A stretch of 64,000 nt of DNA from Candidatus Nealsonbacteria bacterium (GCA_026016225.1 CP061210.1:386000-449999), one strand, 5' to 3'; counted from the first letter of the stretch, positions 46,886 through 56,020 are shown. Notes: generated from the letters alone by a model not told the origin. Numbers and translations are program-made.

Positions 46886-47968
46886 TTAGCCCATAAGACG
46901 AATGGCCACTCCCAAAACGGCAAAAACAACACTCATAATCCAGAATCTCATTGTCACTTTATAAGGCGGCCAGCCTCGAGCCTCAAAGTGATGATGGATG
47001 GGAGTACAAAGCCAGATTTTTTTATGGAAATATTTTTTAGATAACAGTTGTAAAATTATTGTTCCAACCTCTATTACCAGTATCCCGGCAATAATAGGCA
47101 GAACCAATACAGAATCTGTAAGAAAAGAAATAACAGCCATTGTTGATGTCAGACCCAAAATTCCTGTTTCTCCCATATAAAATTTTGCAGGTGGAATATT
47201 AAACCATAAAAAAGCAAAGAGAGCCCCGCCAATTATAGCACAGAAAGTTGCTAAATCTGCTTTTCCCTGGGCAAAAGCAATGATTGAGAAAGCCCCAAAG
47301 ATTGAGGCAAAAACTCCACCTGACAATCCGTCTAAACCATCAATTACTCCTCCTGCCCAGGAAGCTACCATTACCAGAACAAAAAGAGGAATATATAAAA
47401 CTCCTAAAACAAGGTCAACTCCTTCTGGAAAATTACCAACGATTGGAATATGAATTGTGTTCCACTCCAGCTTATAATAAAACCACAAACCACCAATTAG
47501 TCCGATGAGCATCACAATTATTAGTCTTCTGGTAAAGCTCATTCCTCCTCCGCTATATTTTCCTTTTCCATATACGGTCAAGATATCATCAATTAGTCCA
47601 ACAATAGAACCTGCGGCTAAGGTGAATAAAGGAAGCCATGTTTCGCTACGGGATAAAAAATTGAAATTTTTCAGCCACCAGGGTTCAGGAAAATAAGATA
47701 GCCCAAAGAATAAAAATATGACGATAAGAACAGATGACCAAATTAGAATTCCCCCACCCCGCGGAACAGTAATTTCTCTTTCTTTATGTAAAGAATAAAA
47801 AACTGTTGCTTCTTCATTAGTAATTGTTTTTTTTCTTGCTTCTTTTTTCCAGAACTTAATTTTTCTAAGAAACTCTATTAAAGCAGGAGCTAAAATAAAA
47901 GAAATTCCAGCAGTTAGAGCTGATAAAAATAAAACCCTGATTACATTGAAAGTGAAAAGCGTCATCAT
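46886..47968 (-). CDS. mraY: phospho-MurNAc-pentapeptide translocase MraY
   Basis: Polytopic, with GLIDD, DGLDGL and PIHHHFE motifs. Confidence 0.95.
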   Translation of the reverse strand: MMTLFTFNVIRVLFLSALTAGISFILAPALIEFLRKIKFWKKEARKKTITNEEATVFYSLHKEREITVPRGGGILIWSSVLIVIFLFFGLSYFPEPWWLKNFNFLSRSETWLPLFTLAAGSIVGLIDDILTVYGKGKYSGGGMSFTRRLIIVMLIGLIGGLWFYYKLEWNTIHIPIVGNFPEGVDLVLGVLYIPLFVLVMVASWAGGVIDGLDGLSGGVFASIFGAFSIIAFAQGKADLATFCAIIGGALFAFLWFNIPPAKFYMGETGILGLTSTMAVISFLTDSVLVLPIIAGILVIEVGTIILQLLSKKYFHKKIWLCTPIHHHFEARGWPPYKVTMRFWIMSVVFAVLGVAIRLMG

Positions 47969-48004
47969 AAACCTGATTTTATTATATCAGATTTCTCTTG
48001 AAAC

Positions 48005-48029
48005 AAAAACCGAGAGCAAAGCTCTCGGG
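48005..48029 (-). terminator. GC-rich terminator hairpin CCGAGAGC-ttt-GCTCTCGG + T5
   Basis: Read on the minus strand, 36 nt upstream of the mraY start. Confidence 0.6.
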
Positions 48030-48033
48030 CCAC

Positions 48034-48049
48034 GTCGTTCGCGAACGAC
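48034..48049. promoter_or_regulatory. perfect 16-bp palindrome GTCGTTCGCGAACGAC
   Basis: Read directly. The outer bases give ACGTCG...CGACAT, the same hexamers as the island site arms. Confidence 0.4.
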
Positions 48050-48134
48050 ATGATGAGCGACAGTGGCGTGCTTGGTTTTGGGAGAATTTTCCTGAGAAGG
48101 AGACAATTAAATTCTTTTCTCTCTAATCAAATTT

Positions 48135-48836
48135 TTAACTTTTCAGCTCCTTTAGTATTTCTTCCGCTAAACGAATTCTATAATCAGGATCTCCTTGACT
48201 AATAACTTCTTTTATCAATTTAGCAATATCAGAATTCCTATTTTCTATATCATCCATTACTTTTTTAAATCCTGGCCACCAGATTCGGTTAAGGGCATAG
48301 TAGAACTGGAGACTAGAACGAATAAATTCAGACAGTAACAAAAATAAGGTAGCTGGGTTATTATGAAATCTTTTACATTCTCTAACCAACTCAGCAAGAC
48401 GATGGCTAAAAGACAACTTTTCCTCTTTTTCTAAAGGTTCTCTGCCTTTTTTACTCATTTTTTGGTCAAATTGTTGAAGTTTTCTTAATTCTCCTGTTTT
48501 ATCAATAACTATCCAACTCTTAGCAAAAGGTGGCTCTATTCTCCATTTTACCTGTTTACGTTTTTTAAGATTCAGAGAATGATTGAAGTGAATATTGAAA
48601 TCAACTTCTCCCTCCCTGCTTAATAAAACTTTGTGGTCTTTTATTCCTTTATCAATAACTTTTAATTCAATATCGCTATTAGCATCATAATCTCCACGTG
48701 CTATTGAGCCGAAAATAATAATACCTTTTACATTAGGATTTTTAATTAGCTCTTTGACTTTTTTCTCTAAAGCTTGTTGCAAATGAGTATATCTGAGACG
48801 TGGGATGTTGCAGCTTTTTAATCTTTTATAAACCAT
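48135..48836 (-). CDS. nucleotidyltransferase-domain protein (KNTase/ANT-like)
   Basis: IIIFGSIARGDYDANSDIEL pol-beta NTase motif plus a helical C-terminal domain. Confidence 0.65.
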   Translation of the reverse strand: MVYKRLKSCNIPRLRYTHLQQALEKKVKELIKNPNVKGIIIFGSIARGDYDANSDIELKVIDKGIKDHKVLLSREGEVDFNIHFNHSLNLKKRKQVKWRIEPPFAKSWIVIDKTGELRKLQQFDQKMSKKGREPLEKEEKLSFSHRLAELVRECKRFHNNPATLFLLLSEFIRSSLQFYYALNRIWWPGFKKVMDDIENRNSDIAKLIKEVISQGDPDYRIRLAEEILKELKS

Positions 48837-48868
48837 ATTTTAATTATATATGATTTTAATTAAGACTA

Positions 48869-48897
48869 AAACCCGAGACATAACATCTCGGGTTTAA
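48869..48897 (-). terminator. terminator hairpin AAACCCGAGA-loop-TCTCGGGTTT
   Basis: 10-bp stem downstream of the carboxypeptidase gene. Confidence 0.6.
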
Positions 48898-48969
48898 ATT
48901 TCGGGGACGACGAGAGTCGAACTTTTAATTGTTTTATGGACAAAACCTCTTGAGATTATACTGCTGAAT

Positions 48970-49887
48970 TTATAGAGCTATCCAATTAATCAATTTTTGC
49001 ATTTCTTGGATTCGTTCTTTTGGAGAATCAGTGCCCAAAATTATATTTATAAAATAGTTTTCTTTTTCATCTTCTAAAACCAGTAACATACAAGCACCTG
49101 CTTTTTCGGTATAGCCTGTTTTTCCTCCGACAATTTTTTGTTCATTTAATAATATATATAAATCAGAAAGACCATTTGTGGTGCTATAAGGTCCTTTCTC
49201 TAAAGAAATTTTAAATATCAAAGGATGATTATTAAGAATGTATTTAGAAAATGTTGCTAAATCTTGAGCTGTAGAATAATTTGGTATTTGTTCTTGGTCT
49301 TCTGGGTCAAGACCTGTAGAATTTGTAAAATAAGTGTTTTTAAGTCCTAAAGATTGAGCTTTTTGATTCATTTTTTCAATAAAAAGCTCTTCACCAATAA
49401 CCTCAGAAAAAGCAAAAGCTGCATCATTACTTGAATAGATTAACATTAAATCTAAAAGCTCTTCTATGCTAAGAGCTTCTTCCTCTTTGAGATTGCCATA
49501 AACAGGGACATTATCTTGGTCAGCTGCCGTCTTAGATATCATCACCACTTTGGAAAAATCATAATCATTCTCTGGTGTGTTTTCCAAAACAATAAGAGCT
49601 GTCATTAATTTAGTTAAAGAAGCAATGGGCATTGTCCTTGTAGCACTTTTTCTTAATAATATTTTTTCTTTTCCTGATTTATTAATTTTGACTGAAATTG
49701 CTGATTCTGAGTGAAGCTCAGGTTTTGCTTTTTTTGGTGGTATTTTAACAAATGCCATTTCCTGGAGAGGTTCGGAAATTTGAGCATAAAAAAAATCCTC
49801 CAGATTTTTTTGAAAGAAAATCATCCCTTTCCAGAAAAGGATAACCGAAATTAAGAAAATAGCTAATGTGATTATATTTTTTTTCAT
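48970..49887 (-). CDS. D-alanyl-D-alanine carboxypeptidase (S11, PBP5/DacB-like)
   Basis: SxxK in ASLTKLMT, SxN in SSND, KTG in GKTGYT. N-terminal TM. Confidence 0.8.
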   Translation of the reverse strand: MKKNIITLAIFLISVILFWKGMIFFQKNLEDFFYAQISEPLQEMAFVKIPPKKAKPELHSESAISVKINKSGKEKILLRKSATRTMPIASLTKLMTALIVLENTPENDYDFSKVVMISKTAADQDNVPVYGNLKEEEALSIEELLDLMLIYSSNDAAFAFSEVIGEELFIEKMNQKAQSLGLKNTYFTNSTGLDPEDQEQIPNYSTAQDLATFSKYILNNHPLIFKISLEKGPYSTTNGLSDLYILLNEQKIVGGKTGYTEKAGACMLLVLEDEKENYFINIILGTDSPKERIQEMQKLINWIAL

Positions 49888-51257
49888 CTTTTAGAATTTT
49901 TTCTTCGCCCTTTTATAGCTTTAACTACAGATTTCTTTGGTTGTAAAACAGATAACCTTCGGTCAATTCTTCCCATATCTCTGGGGAACAAAGAGGCCTC
50001 TCTAATATTTTCCAAATTTAAAGTTTGCTTTACAATTCTTTCAAGTCCTAAAGCAAAACCTCCTTCAGGTGGCAATCCGTATTTAAAGGCTTGAAGATAA
50101 AAACTAAAATCTTTCGGTTTGTTTCCCCATTTTTTAATGTTTTTTACAAGTTCTTTATAATCATTAATTCTTTGTCCTCCGGTAACTATTTCCAAACCCC
50201 TAAAGAGAAGGTCAAAACTTAAAGTGTATTTAGGATTTTCAGGGTCAGCAAAGGTATAAAAAGGCCTTTTTTCTGTTGGATAATGAGTAATAAAAACTAA
50301 ATCTGATTTATGAATTTGTTTTGCCCAGCGACAGATTTCTTTTTCGTCCTCAGGTTCTAAATCAGACTTTTTTCGATTATCTCTTCCTGTTCTTTCAAAA
50401 ATAATTTCTTGAGCTTGACGCATTTTTAATCTCGGAATTTTTTTATTTATTTCAGGAATATTAGCTTTAAACATCTTTAATTCTTTTTGGCATTGTTTTT
50501 TAAGGTCAAGAAAAATCTTACCAATTACTGTCTCACACGTATCCATTAATTCTTCCCAGGAATTAATAAATCCCATTTCTGCGTCCAGGCTGACGTATTC
50601 GCATATGTGTCTGGTAGTCATACTGGGTTCAGCCCGAAAAGCATGAGTAACAGTGAATACGCGTTCAAAAACCCCAACTAAAATTTGCTTATAAAACTGG
50701 GGGCTTTGGGCTAAATAGGCATTATAACTAAAATACTTAATGGGAAATAATTCAGCTCCTCCTTCGGTAGCTGTAGGAACAATTGTTGGTGCTTGAAATT
50801 CGGTAAAACCCAACTTTTTCATTATCTTTCTAAAACTTTCAATTACTTTTTCTTGTATTTTAAAAATAGTTTTAACTTTTTTATTTCTTAACGTTAAAGG
50901 TCTGTAATCTAACAAAACAGGCAAGCTCACTTTTAAATCTTTCATATCAAAGGGAAGGACGTCTGCCTTGGTTATAACTTTAAGCTTTTCAGCTTTTAGT
51001 TCTACTTTTCCCGTTTCTAATTCAGAATTTACCATTTTAGCTGGTCTTTTTCTTACTTTTCCCTCTATTTCTAAAATGTATTCTTCTTTAATATCCTTGG
51101 CTAATTTTGGAGAGCAGACTATTTGTAAGATTCCCGAGCGGTCGCGAAGGTCTAAAAAAACTATCCCTCCGTGATCTCGGCGGGAATTAACCCAACCGCA
51201 AATCTTTATCTTTTTTCCAAGATATTTTGTTGTCTCAAGTAATAAAACTCTTTTCAT
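49884..51257 (-). CDS. aspS: aspartyl-tRNA synthetase, archaeal/short type
   Basis: OB-fold GWVNSRRDHGGIVFLDLRD, EGGAELF, LAQSPQFYKQ, FRAEPSMTTRH, class II motif 3. Confidence 0.85.
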   Translation of the reverse strand: MKRVLLLETTKYLGKKIKICGWVNSRRDHGGIVFLDLRDRSGILQIVCSPKLAKDIKEEYILEIEGKVRKRPAKMVNSELETGKVELKAEKLKVITKADVLPFDMKDLKVSLPVLLDYRPLTLRNKKVKTIFKIQEKVIESFRKIMKKLGFTEFQAPTIVPTATEGGAELFPIKYFSYNAYLAQSPQFYKQILVGVFERVFTVTHAFRAEPSMTTRHICEYVSLDAEMGFINSWEELMDTCETVIGKIFLDLKKQCQKELKMFKANIPEINKKIPRLKMRQAQEIIFERTGRDNRKKSDLEPEDEKEICRWAKQIHKSDLVFITHYPTEKRPFYTFADPENPKYTLSFDLLFRGLEIVTGGQRINDYKELVKNIKKWGNKPKDFSFYLQAFKYGLPPEGGFALGLERIVKQTLNLENIREASLFPRDMGRIDRRLSVLQPKKSVVKAIKGRRKNSKR

Positions 51258-51309
51258 TTAAGATATGATTTTATTTTATCAACTATCTTTCTAAGTAAGC
51301 ATCTACCGA

Positions 51310-51355
51310 TTTTATTTTATCAGACCAATTATTATACTGTCAATTGATTTTATTG
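51310..51355. repeat. repeat A copy 1 (promoter-like, reads on the minus strand)
   Basis: 45 of 46 identical to 55389-55434. The reverse complement carries TTGACA-18 nt-TAAAAT. Confidence 0.8.
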
Positions 51356-51363
51356 ATAAAAAG

Positions 51364-51444
51364 CTATCCAAAAACTATATATAGGTCAAAATTTTGCCCA
51401 AATTTAAGATAAAAATTGAAAATTAAATTTGTAAAGTAATCACT
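51364..51444. repeat. repeat B copy 1
   Basis: CAAAATTTTGCCCAAATTTAAGATAAAAATTGAAAATTAAATTTGTAAAGTAATCACTG is about 90 percent identical to 55003-55058, with an indel before it. Confidence 0.75.
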
Positions 51445-51854
51445 GGCAAAAATAAAAAAAACTCGCTTAGGAAAGAGCTTTTAAAAGATAGATGCTGGTA
51501 TTTTAAGGTTTTTTAATGACTTCTGTATTTAAGCTACTTTTTTTTAAGTTTTTCTTCTAATTCTAGGATTTTTCTCCTTGTTTTTGATTTTATTCAACCA
51601 ATTAGTTTCATATTTATGTAATTATTTTGCTACATTTGCTTTATTAAATCCTCAGTTTTCATATTTTTAAGTCTAATAAATTATAACACTGTTTGTTCTA
51701 AAATAAAAATCCAGCAGAAGATTTTTACCGAACTATTGGTTTTTTTTTGGGATAGCCTTGAATAAAAACTTTTTCTTGAATAAGTTTATTTGTAGGTATT
51801 CCGCCATTAGATTTTATATTGTAGTTCCAATTCCTCCTCTATTTCTATTCTATC

Positions 51855-51881
51855 AAAAAATCGCTTCTTCGGCGATTTTTG
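51855..51881. terminator. A/T-flanked hairpin AATCGC-ttcttcg-GCGATT
   Basis: Downstream of the XRE gene on the minus strand. Confidence 0.5.
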
Positions 51882-51913
51882 TCAAGTAACCCTTTTTATG
51901 TATTCTTTCTTTA

Positions 51914-52192
51914 TTACTTACTTTTATTTATAAACTGCAGACTAATATTTTGCTTCAGTGCAGAAGCTATTTTTTTTATATAGCTGACAGTAAGATTCTG
52001 TTTGCCAGCCTCTATTCTGGCAATAGTGCTTTGTGTAGTCCCTATCCTCTTGGATAGCTCTTTTTGAGTAATAGATTGTATTCTCCTTAACTCTGCAATC
52101 TTGTGTGCAATTTCAAAGAGAGCCTCTTTATCATCACGAGACATTTGAGATATGATTTTCTTACTGAGTTGTTTTTTAGATGATTTAATCAT
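51914..52192 (-). CDS. XRE-family HTH transcriptional regulator (antitoxin-like)
   Basis: ITQKELSKRIGTTQSTIARIEAGKQN helix-turn-helix. Confidence 0.75.
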   Translation of the reverse strand: MIKSSKKQLSKKIISQMSRDDKEALFEIAHKIAELRRIQSITQKELSKRIGTTQSTIARIEAGKQNLTVSYIKKIASALKQNISLQFINKSK

Positions 52193-52202
52193 AGAAAATA
52201 AA

Positions 52203-52241
52203 GCTATAGTTCACTATAGCATATATAGTATTGGAAATCAA
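52203..52241 (-). promoter_or_regulatory. promoter of the XRE gene with paired CTATAG hexamers over the -10
   Basis: On the minus strand, TTGATT-17 nt-TATAGT. CTATAG-ttca-CTATAG lies at 52203-52219. Confidence 0.5.
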
Positions 52242-52468
52242 CAGAGTGTACTGGTTCATATGATATAATACACTCTCTCATTTGACACCTGTTAATATTT
52301 ACCTTAAATATTTCTTTATCAACTCCGTTAAGCTCTCTTTCTGATTGGGCCAATATTTCTCAAGGAGAAGGTAATTAAATTCCTCCTTTTTCAATGAGTT
52401 TTTTAATTTTTATTTCAATCTTACCTCTAATCTTTCTAATTTGCTCTATTTGTTTCCCCAAGAGTTTC

Positions 52469-53512
52469 TCAATCTTCCAATTTTCTGTCCTTGGACAACC
52501 CCAGTTCTTTACTGTAAAAACCTATTCTAAACAAAAGGTTGTCTTTACCTGCGCTCCTAGTGGTGTGTGCGGTAGCCGTAACATCAGCTGCTCCCAACAG
52601 GACTAATTCCCAGTAAATATTTTTATACTTTGTTTTAAAATTATCAATTTTTTGTTTATCTAATTTTATTCCATCTAGGACTGAATGTATTATTCCGTGG
52701 TTCGCAACGATCTCTCCCACTATTTTTTTTTCAATGTGAGCTAGATCAAGGCGTTTCAATATATCGGCAGTTATTATAGCCCCTACTGCTTCGTGGTTGG
52801 GGCACTCCGTATCTCCATTTCCGGTCGGAATTATAGTGTCCTTTTTTGCAATATCATGCAGTAACGCGCTTAATAGAAGAAGTTTCCCTTTTGGGTAACG
52901 GTCTACTTTCACTGCTAAATACTCTTTAATTTTTGGCTTAACGTTTTCTATCATTTTAGAAATAACCTCAACGACATTTATGGTATGCTCAAAAACCGAT
53001 TCGTGATCGTGCCACATGCTATTCTCGTAGATGTCTATATTATCAGTTAATTCGGGTATATAGGGACATTTATTACGTATATCTTTAAAGTTGATTTGTG
53101 AAAGATAGTAGTTGTATATCTTTTTGCCATTCAAATATTTCTCCAAAATCAGCCTAAGTTTATCAGGAAATATTCTCTTGCATAGTATCTTATTATTTTG
53201 CACCCACTCATGATTGTCTTTAATAAAGTGATTTTGATCACCAACTATGCAAAGCTTTCCACTTATAATCTTACATTCAAAATAGTACTCTATATTATCT
53301 ATATTTTTGAACTGGGCAAATTTTTTTACAATTTGAACTCCTACCCCTAGCTCTTCTTTGGCTTCGCGGATTACTGCATTTTCTGGTGTTTCATTGCTTT
53401 CTACACCACCGCCGGGCAGAATATAATATTTTTTTCCATGCTTTTCGCGATGAAGTAAAAGTATTTTCTTATCTCTTCTTAATAAAATTGCTACTCGCTG
53501 ATTTGTTCTCAT
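52469..53512 (-). CDS. Nudix hydrolase fused to an HD-domain phosphohydrolase
   Basis: Nudix box GGGVESNETPENAVIREAKEELG. C-terminal HD domain (HTINVV...SALLHDIAKKD). Confidence 0.7.
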   Translation of the reverse strand: MRTNQRVAILLRRDKKILLLHREKHGKKYYILPGGGVESNETPENAVIREAKEELGVGVQIVKKFAQFKNIDNIEYYFECKIISGKLCIVGDQNHFIKDNHEWVQNNKILCKRIFPDKLRLILEKYLNGKKIYNYYLSQINFKDIRNKCPYIPELTDNIDIYENSMWHDHESVFEHTINVVEVISKMIENVKPKIKEYLAVKVDRYPKGKLLLLSALLHDIAKKDTIIPTGNGDTECPNHEAVGAIITADILKRLDLAHIEKKIVGEIVANHGIIHSVLDGIKLDKQKIDNFKTKYKNIYWELVLLGAADVTATAHTTRSAGKDNLLFRIGFYSKELGLSKDRKLED

Positions 53513-54303
53513 GTTTTGTCTTTGTTATTAATGTGTTTTTTAATAATATGGGCAACTACTTGATTGATATATTCAATGCCAGCAGGAAAATAATTTTCTA
53601 GACTGGTATTGTTAATTTCGTTCCACTCTTTTCTAATTTTGTAAGCCTGTTCTATTTTTTCTATATCAAACATCGTTTTATACCTTGAAACTATGTTATC
53701 CTTTATCCCTTTTTTTGTTTTTGACCAAATATTATCGTAAATTAAGCACCAATCGCTAATCTGGAAGATTCTATCAACTAATTCTCTACCATATTCTCTG
53801 ACATAATTCTTTGTATTATATTTATTTTTCGATATATATTTGCGAGTGATATTAAAACGAACCCACCTTGATTTTCTAATAATTAATTCCCTAATTTCTT
53901 TTTTAGAACACCCTCGTTTTAGCAGAATATCTTTACAAATTTTTTCAAGAGTTTCACCGCTAGCTGCATAAATAGTATTTCTAAAAGAGAAATGGGTTAG
54001 GAACTCTTTATCGATATGGGTTTCAAGGTCATCGCGTGTAAATGTTAGAATGGAAAGGTTCACATCAAATTTAGCCGATACGTCATTGGCTTTATGTTTG
54101 AGTTTGTTAATGACAGACATACTGAATCTTCCGAAATTATCAGTTTTTGGCATTACTAATAAATCAATATCGCTATAATTCGGAATTGCCTCTTTATCCG
54201 CAACACTACCCAATAAAGCGATTAGTTCGATGTTTTTCATTAATTGCTTATCTTCTAAAATAAGCTTTTTTGCTTGTTCTAATGCCTTTAAAAAAACAAT
54301 CAT
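53509..54303 (-). CDS. nucleotidyltransferase-domain protein (ANT/KNTase-like)
   Basis: LLGSVADKEAIPNYSDIDLLV NTase motif and a helical C-domain. 4-nt overlap with the Nudix-HD gene. Confidence 0.65.
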   Translation of the reverse strand: MIVFLKALEQAKKLILEDKQLMKNIELIALLGSVADKEAIPNYSDIDLLVMPKTDNFGRFSMSVINKLKHKANDVSAKFDVNLSILTFTRDDLETHIDKEFLTHFSFRNTIYAASGETLEKICKDILLKRGCSKKEIRELIIRKSRWVRFNITRKYISKNKYNTKNYVREYGRELVDRIFQISDWCLIYDNIWSKTKKGIKDNIVSRYKTMFDIEKIEQAYKIRKEWNEINNTSLENYFPAGIEYINQVVAHIIKKHINNKDKT

Positions 54304-54345
54304 GATTTGTTTAGTTTATAATATGAAAAAATTGAGGGGTGATTT

Positions 54346-54783
54346 TTACCACCCCTTGTGGCAGAATCTCGCTAGATCTTCTTTGGCGAAAAAAATTCTC
54401 GCTTCGCGCCAAGCCCCTGGCGCAGAATAACTTGAATGAATAGCGTTCTTCTGGACCGACTTACCGAACTTGTGGCGGATCGTCCCTTCTGGGGCCTCTT
54501 GTGGATCAGTGCTGCCAACTAATTCGTTGAGTCGGTTTAAAGCGTCTTTACCCTCAACAATAAAAACTATCACATCACCAGATGTTAAAAAGTTTACCAT
54601 TGATTGGAAGAACTTCTTGCCAACATGGCGTTTGTACAGTTCCCGGACCTGTTGCTCCGTGAGTAGTATTTTTTTCTTGAGCACAATCCTTAAACCCGCC
54701 GATTTAATTATTAAGAGTGCCTCTTTGGATCTATACACACCATCGGGCTTAAACATTCCAAACGACCAGTCTATCTTGATCAC
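54346..54783 (-). CDS. ndk: nucleoside diphosphate kinase
   Basis: FGMFKPDGV and active-site NAIHSS, with typical length. Confidence 0.8.
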   Translation of the reverse strand: MIKIDWSFGMFKPDGVYRSKEALLIIKSAGLRIVLKKKILLTEQQVRELYKRHVGKKFFQSMVNFLTSGDVIVFIVEGKDALNRLNELVGSTDPQEAPEGTIRHKFGKSVQKNAIHSSYSAPGAWREARIFFAKEDLARFCHKGW

Positions 54784-54988
54784 CTCTGACTTTAGAACAT
54801 TTTCTAATAGAGTTGTTCATGAAACCATCCCATTAAATATATCATATATAGTATATATCATATATAGTATATTGATGTCAAGAGGGTGTACTAGAAGGGT
54901 ACGTAGGTAACACTTTAAAATGTTTGTAAGTGGAATTGATAATATCTGGTTCGCATGCACTTTAGAGAAGGAAAATTATAAGGCAAAA

Positions 54989-55058
54989 TTATCCACAACC
55001 CCAAATTTTGCCCAATTTTAAGATAAAAATTAAAAATTATATTTGTAAAGTAATCGCT
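54989..55058. repeat. repeat B copy 2
   Basis: See 51364-51444. Here it lies on the other side of a gene relative to repeat A. Confidence 0.75.
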
Positions 55059-55134
55059 GATATAATTAAATAATTATTAAAACAAAAAGGACCGGGATAA
55101 ATCCCGACCTTTTTAAATTTTGCTAAATTGTTAT

Positions 55135-55386
55135 TTATTTTAAACCTAATTTAGACTCCACTCTTTTCAGCCGGCGGTCCAATTCTTCTACTTCAAACCT
55201 ATATGCTACTCTATCTAATTTAAGTTTTATCTCTTCTTGTCCGTTTTCCAAGTTAGTAATCTTTGTCTCAATTTTATCGAACCTTTTATCTGCTTTATTA
55301 AAATTCTTATCTACTCCATCAAAACCACGCTTTATCATTCTAGCTAATTGGTTAATTGTTGTATTTTTAGTATTTTTTTTCTTCAT
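55135..55386 (-). CDS. hypothetical small coiled-coil protein
   Basis: 83 aa, flanked by repeat A (promoter side) and a terminator-like hairpin at about 55088-55115. Confidence 0.45.
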   Translation of the reverse strand: MKKKNTKNTTINQLARMIKRGFDGVDKNFNKADKRFDKIETKITNLENGQEEIKLKLDRVAYRFEVEELDRRLKRVESKLGLK

Positions 55387-55388
55387 AT

Positions 55389-55434
55389 TTTTATTTTATC
55401 AGACCAATTATTATACTGTCAACTGATTTTATTG
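55389..55434. repeat. repeat A copy 2
   Basis: 45 of 46 identical to 51310-51355. It ends 2 nt before the start codon at 55386 and overlaps the 3' end of the CYTH fragment. Confidence 0.8.
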
Positions 55435-55605
55435 GTATGGAATTCTACGAGGACGGGTCTTGTTAGCAAAAAAATCTCTATGGCAAGGAATATAATATTC
55501 ATCAATTTGCTTTATTGATTTTACTAATTTACCAAATCCAGGCAGAATCTTTTTTACTTCCTTAAAGCTATTTATTTTAACTTTTATTTCTACTTCAACA
55601 TTCAT
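55429..55605 (-). pseudogene. truncated CYTH-like N-terminal fragment
   Basis: Hand-translated MNVEVEIKVKINSFKEVKKILPGFGKLVKSIKQIDEYYIPCHRDFF..., resembling the CYTH/CyaB N-terminus. It ends inside repeat A. Confidence 0.4.
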
Positions 55606-55609
55606 ATAA

Positions 55610-55915
55610 TTATTTCTTCTTTGCTTTATTCTTTTCGTACTTTTTTAAAAAACAAGATTCCAGATCAATATCAAGATATGAGACTAGCTTTAATGTCTGC
55701 CAAAAAATATCTGCTACTTCATCTTCTAAATTTGATGGTTCCGTAGAAACATGAAGAGAATCTCTTTTCGTTTCTTTGTACAAGATACTTCTGGCTGTCT
55801 CCCCTACTTCTTCTACCAAATGTAAAAAAGCGTGAGTTGGAGTTGTCTCAATTTTGGTATACCCTATTTCTTCTAAATGCTCTTTAACTAATTTTTGTGC
55901 TTGTTTTATTTCCAT
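55610..55915 (-). CDS. MazG-like nucleotide pyrophosphohydrolase
   Basis: LVEEVGETARS and EDEVADIFWQ acidic motifs. About 100 aa, all-alpha. Confidence 0.75.
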   Translation of the reverse strand: MEIKQAQKLVKEHLEEIGYTKIETTPTHAFLHLVEEVGETARSILYKETKRDSLHVSTEPSNLEDEVADIFWQTLKLVSYLDIDLESCFLKKYEKNKAKKK

Positions 55916-56020
55916 ATTGTTTGTTTTTTTAAATTTATGATTATAAACCTTTAGCTCATTATATCAAAAATCCGAGACATAATCCTTCTATTATAATCAG
56001 GATGAGCTTGAGGTATTAAA

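Noticed and set aside
48901-48925. tRNA-like 3' fragment (minus strand AGTTCGACTCTCGTCGTCCCCGA), possibly an att scar
   Set aside because: A T-loop-like TTCGACT is present, but there is no complementary T-stem, no 5' acceptor strand and no credible anticodon arm upstream. It cannot be folded into a tRNA and no matching repeat was found.
52394-52606. Plus-strand ORF of 70 aa overlapping the 3' end of the Nudix-HD gene
   Set aside because: It overlaps a supported gene and the spacer after it. I also translated the minus strand of 52193-52468 looking for a decayed toxin upstream of the XRE gene and found only fragments under 30 codons.
54470-54910. Plus-strand ORF of 146 aa antisense to ndk
   Set aside because: It overlaps the well-supported ndk gene on the opposite strand and has no recognisable motif.
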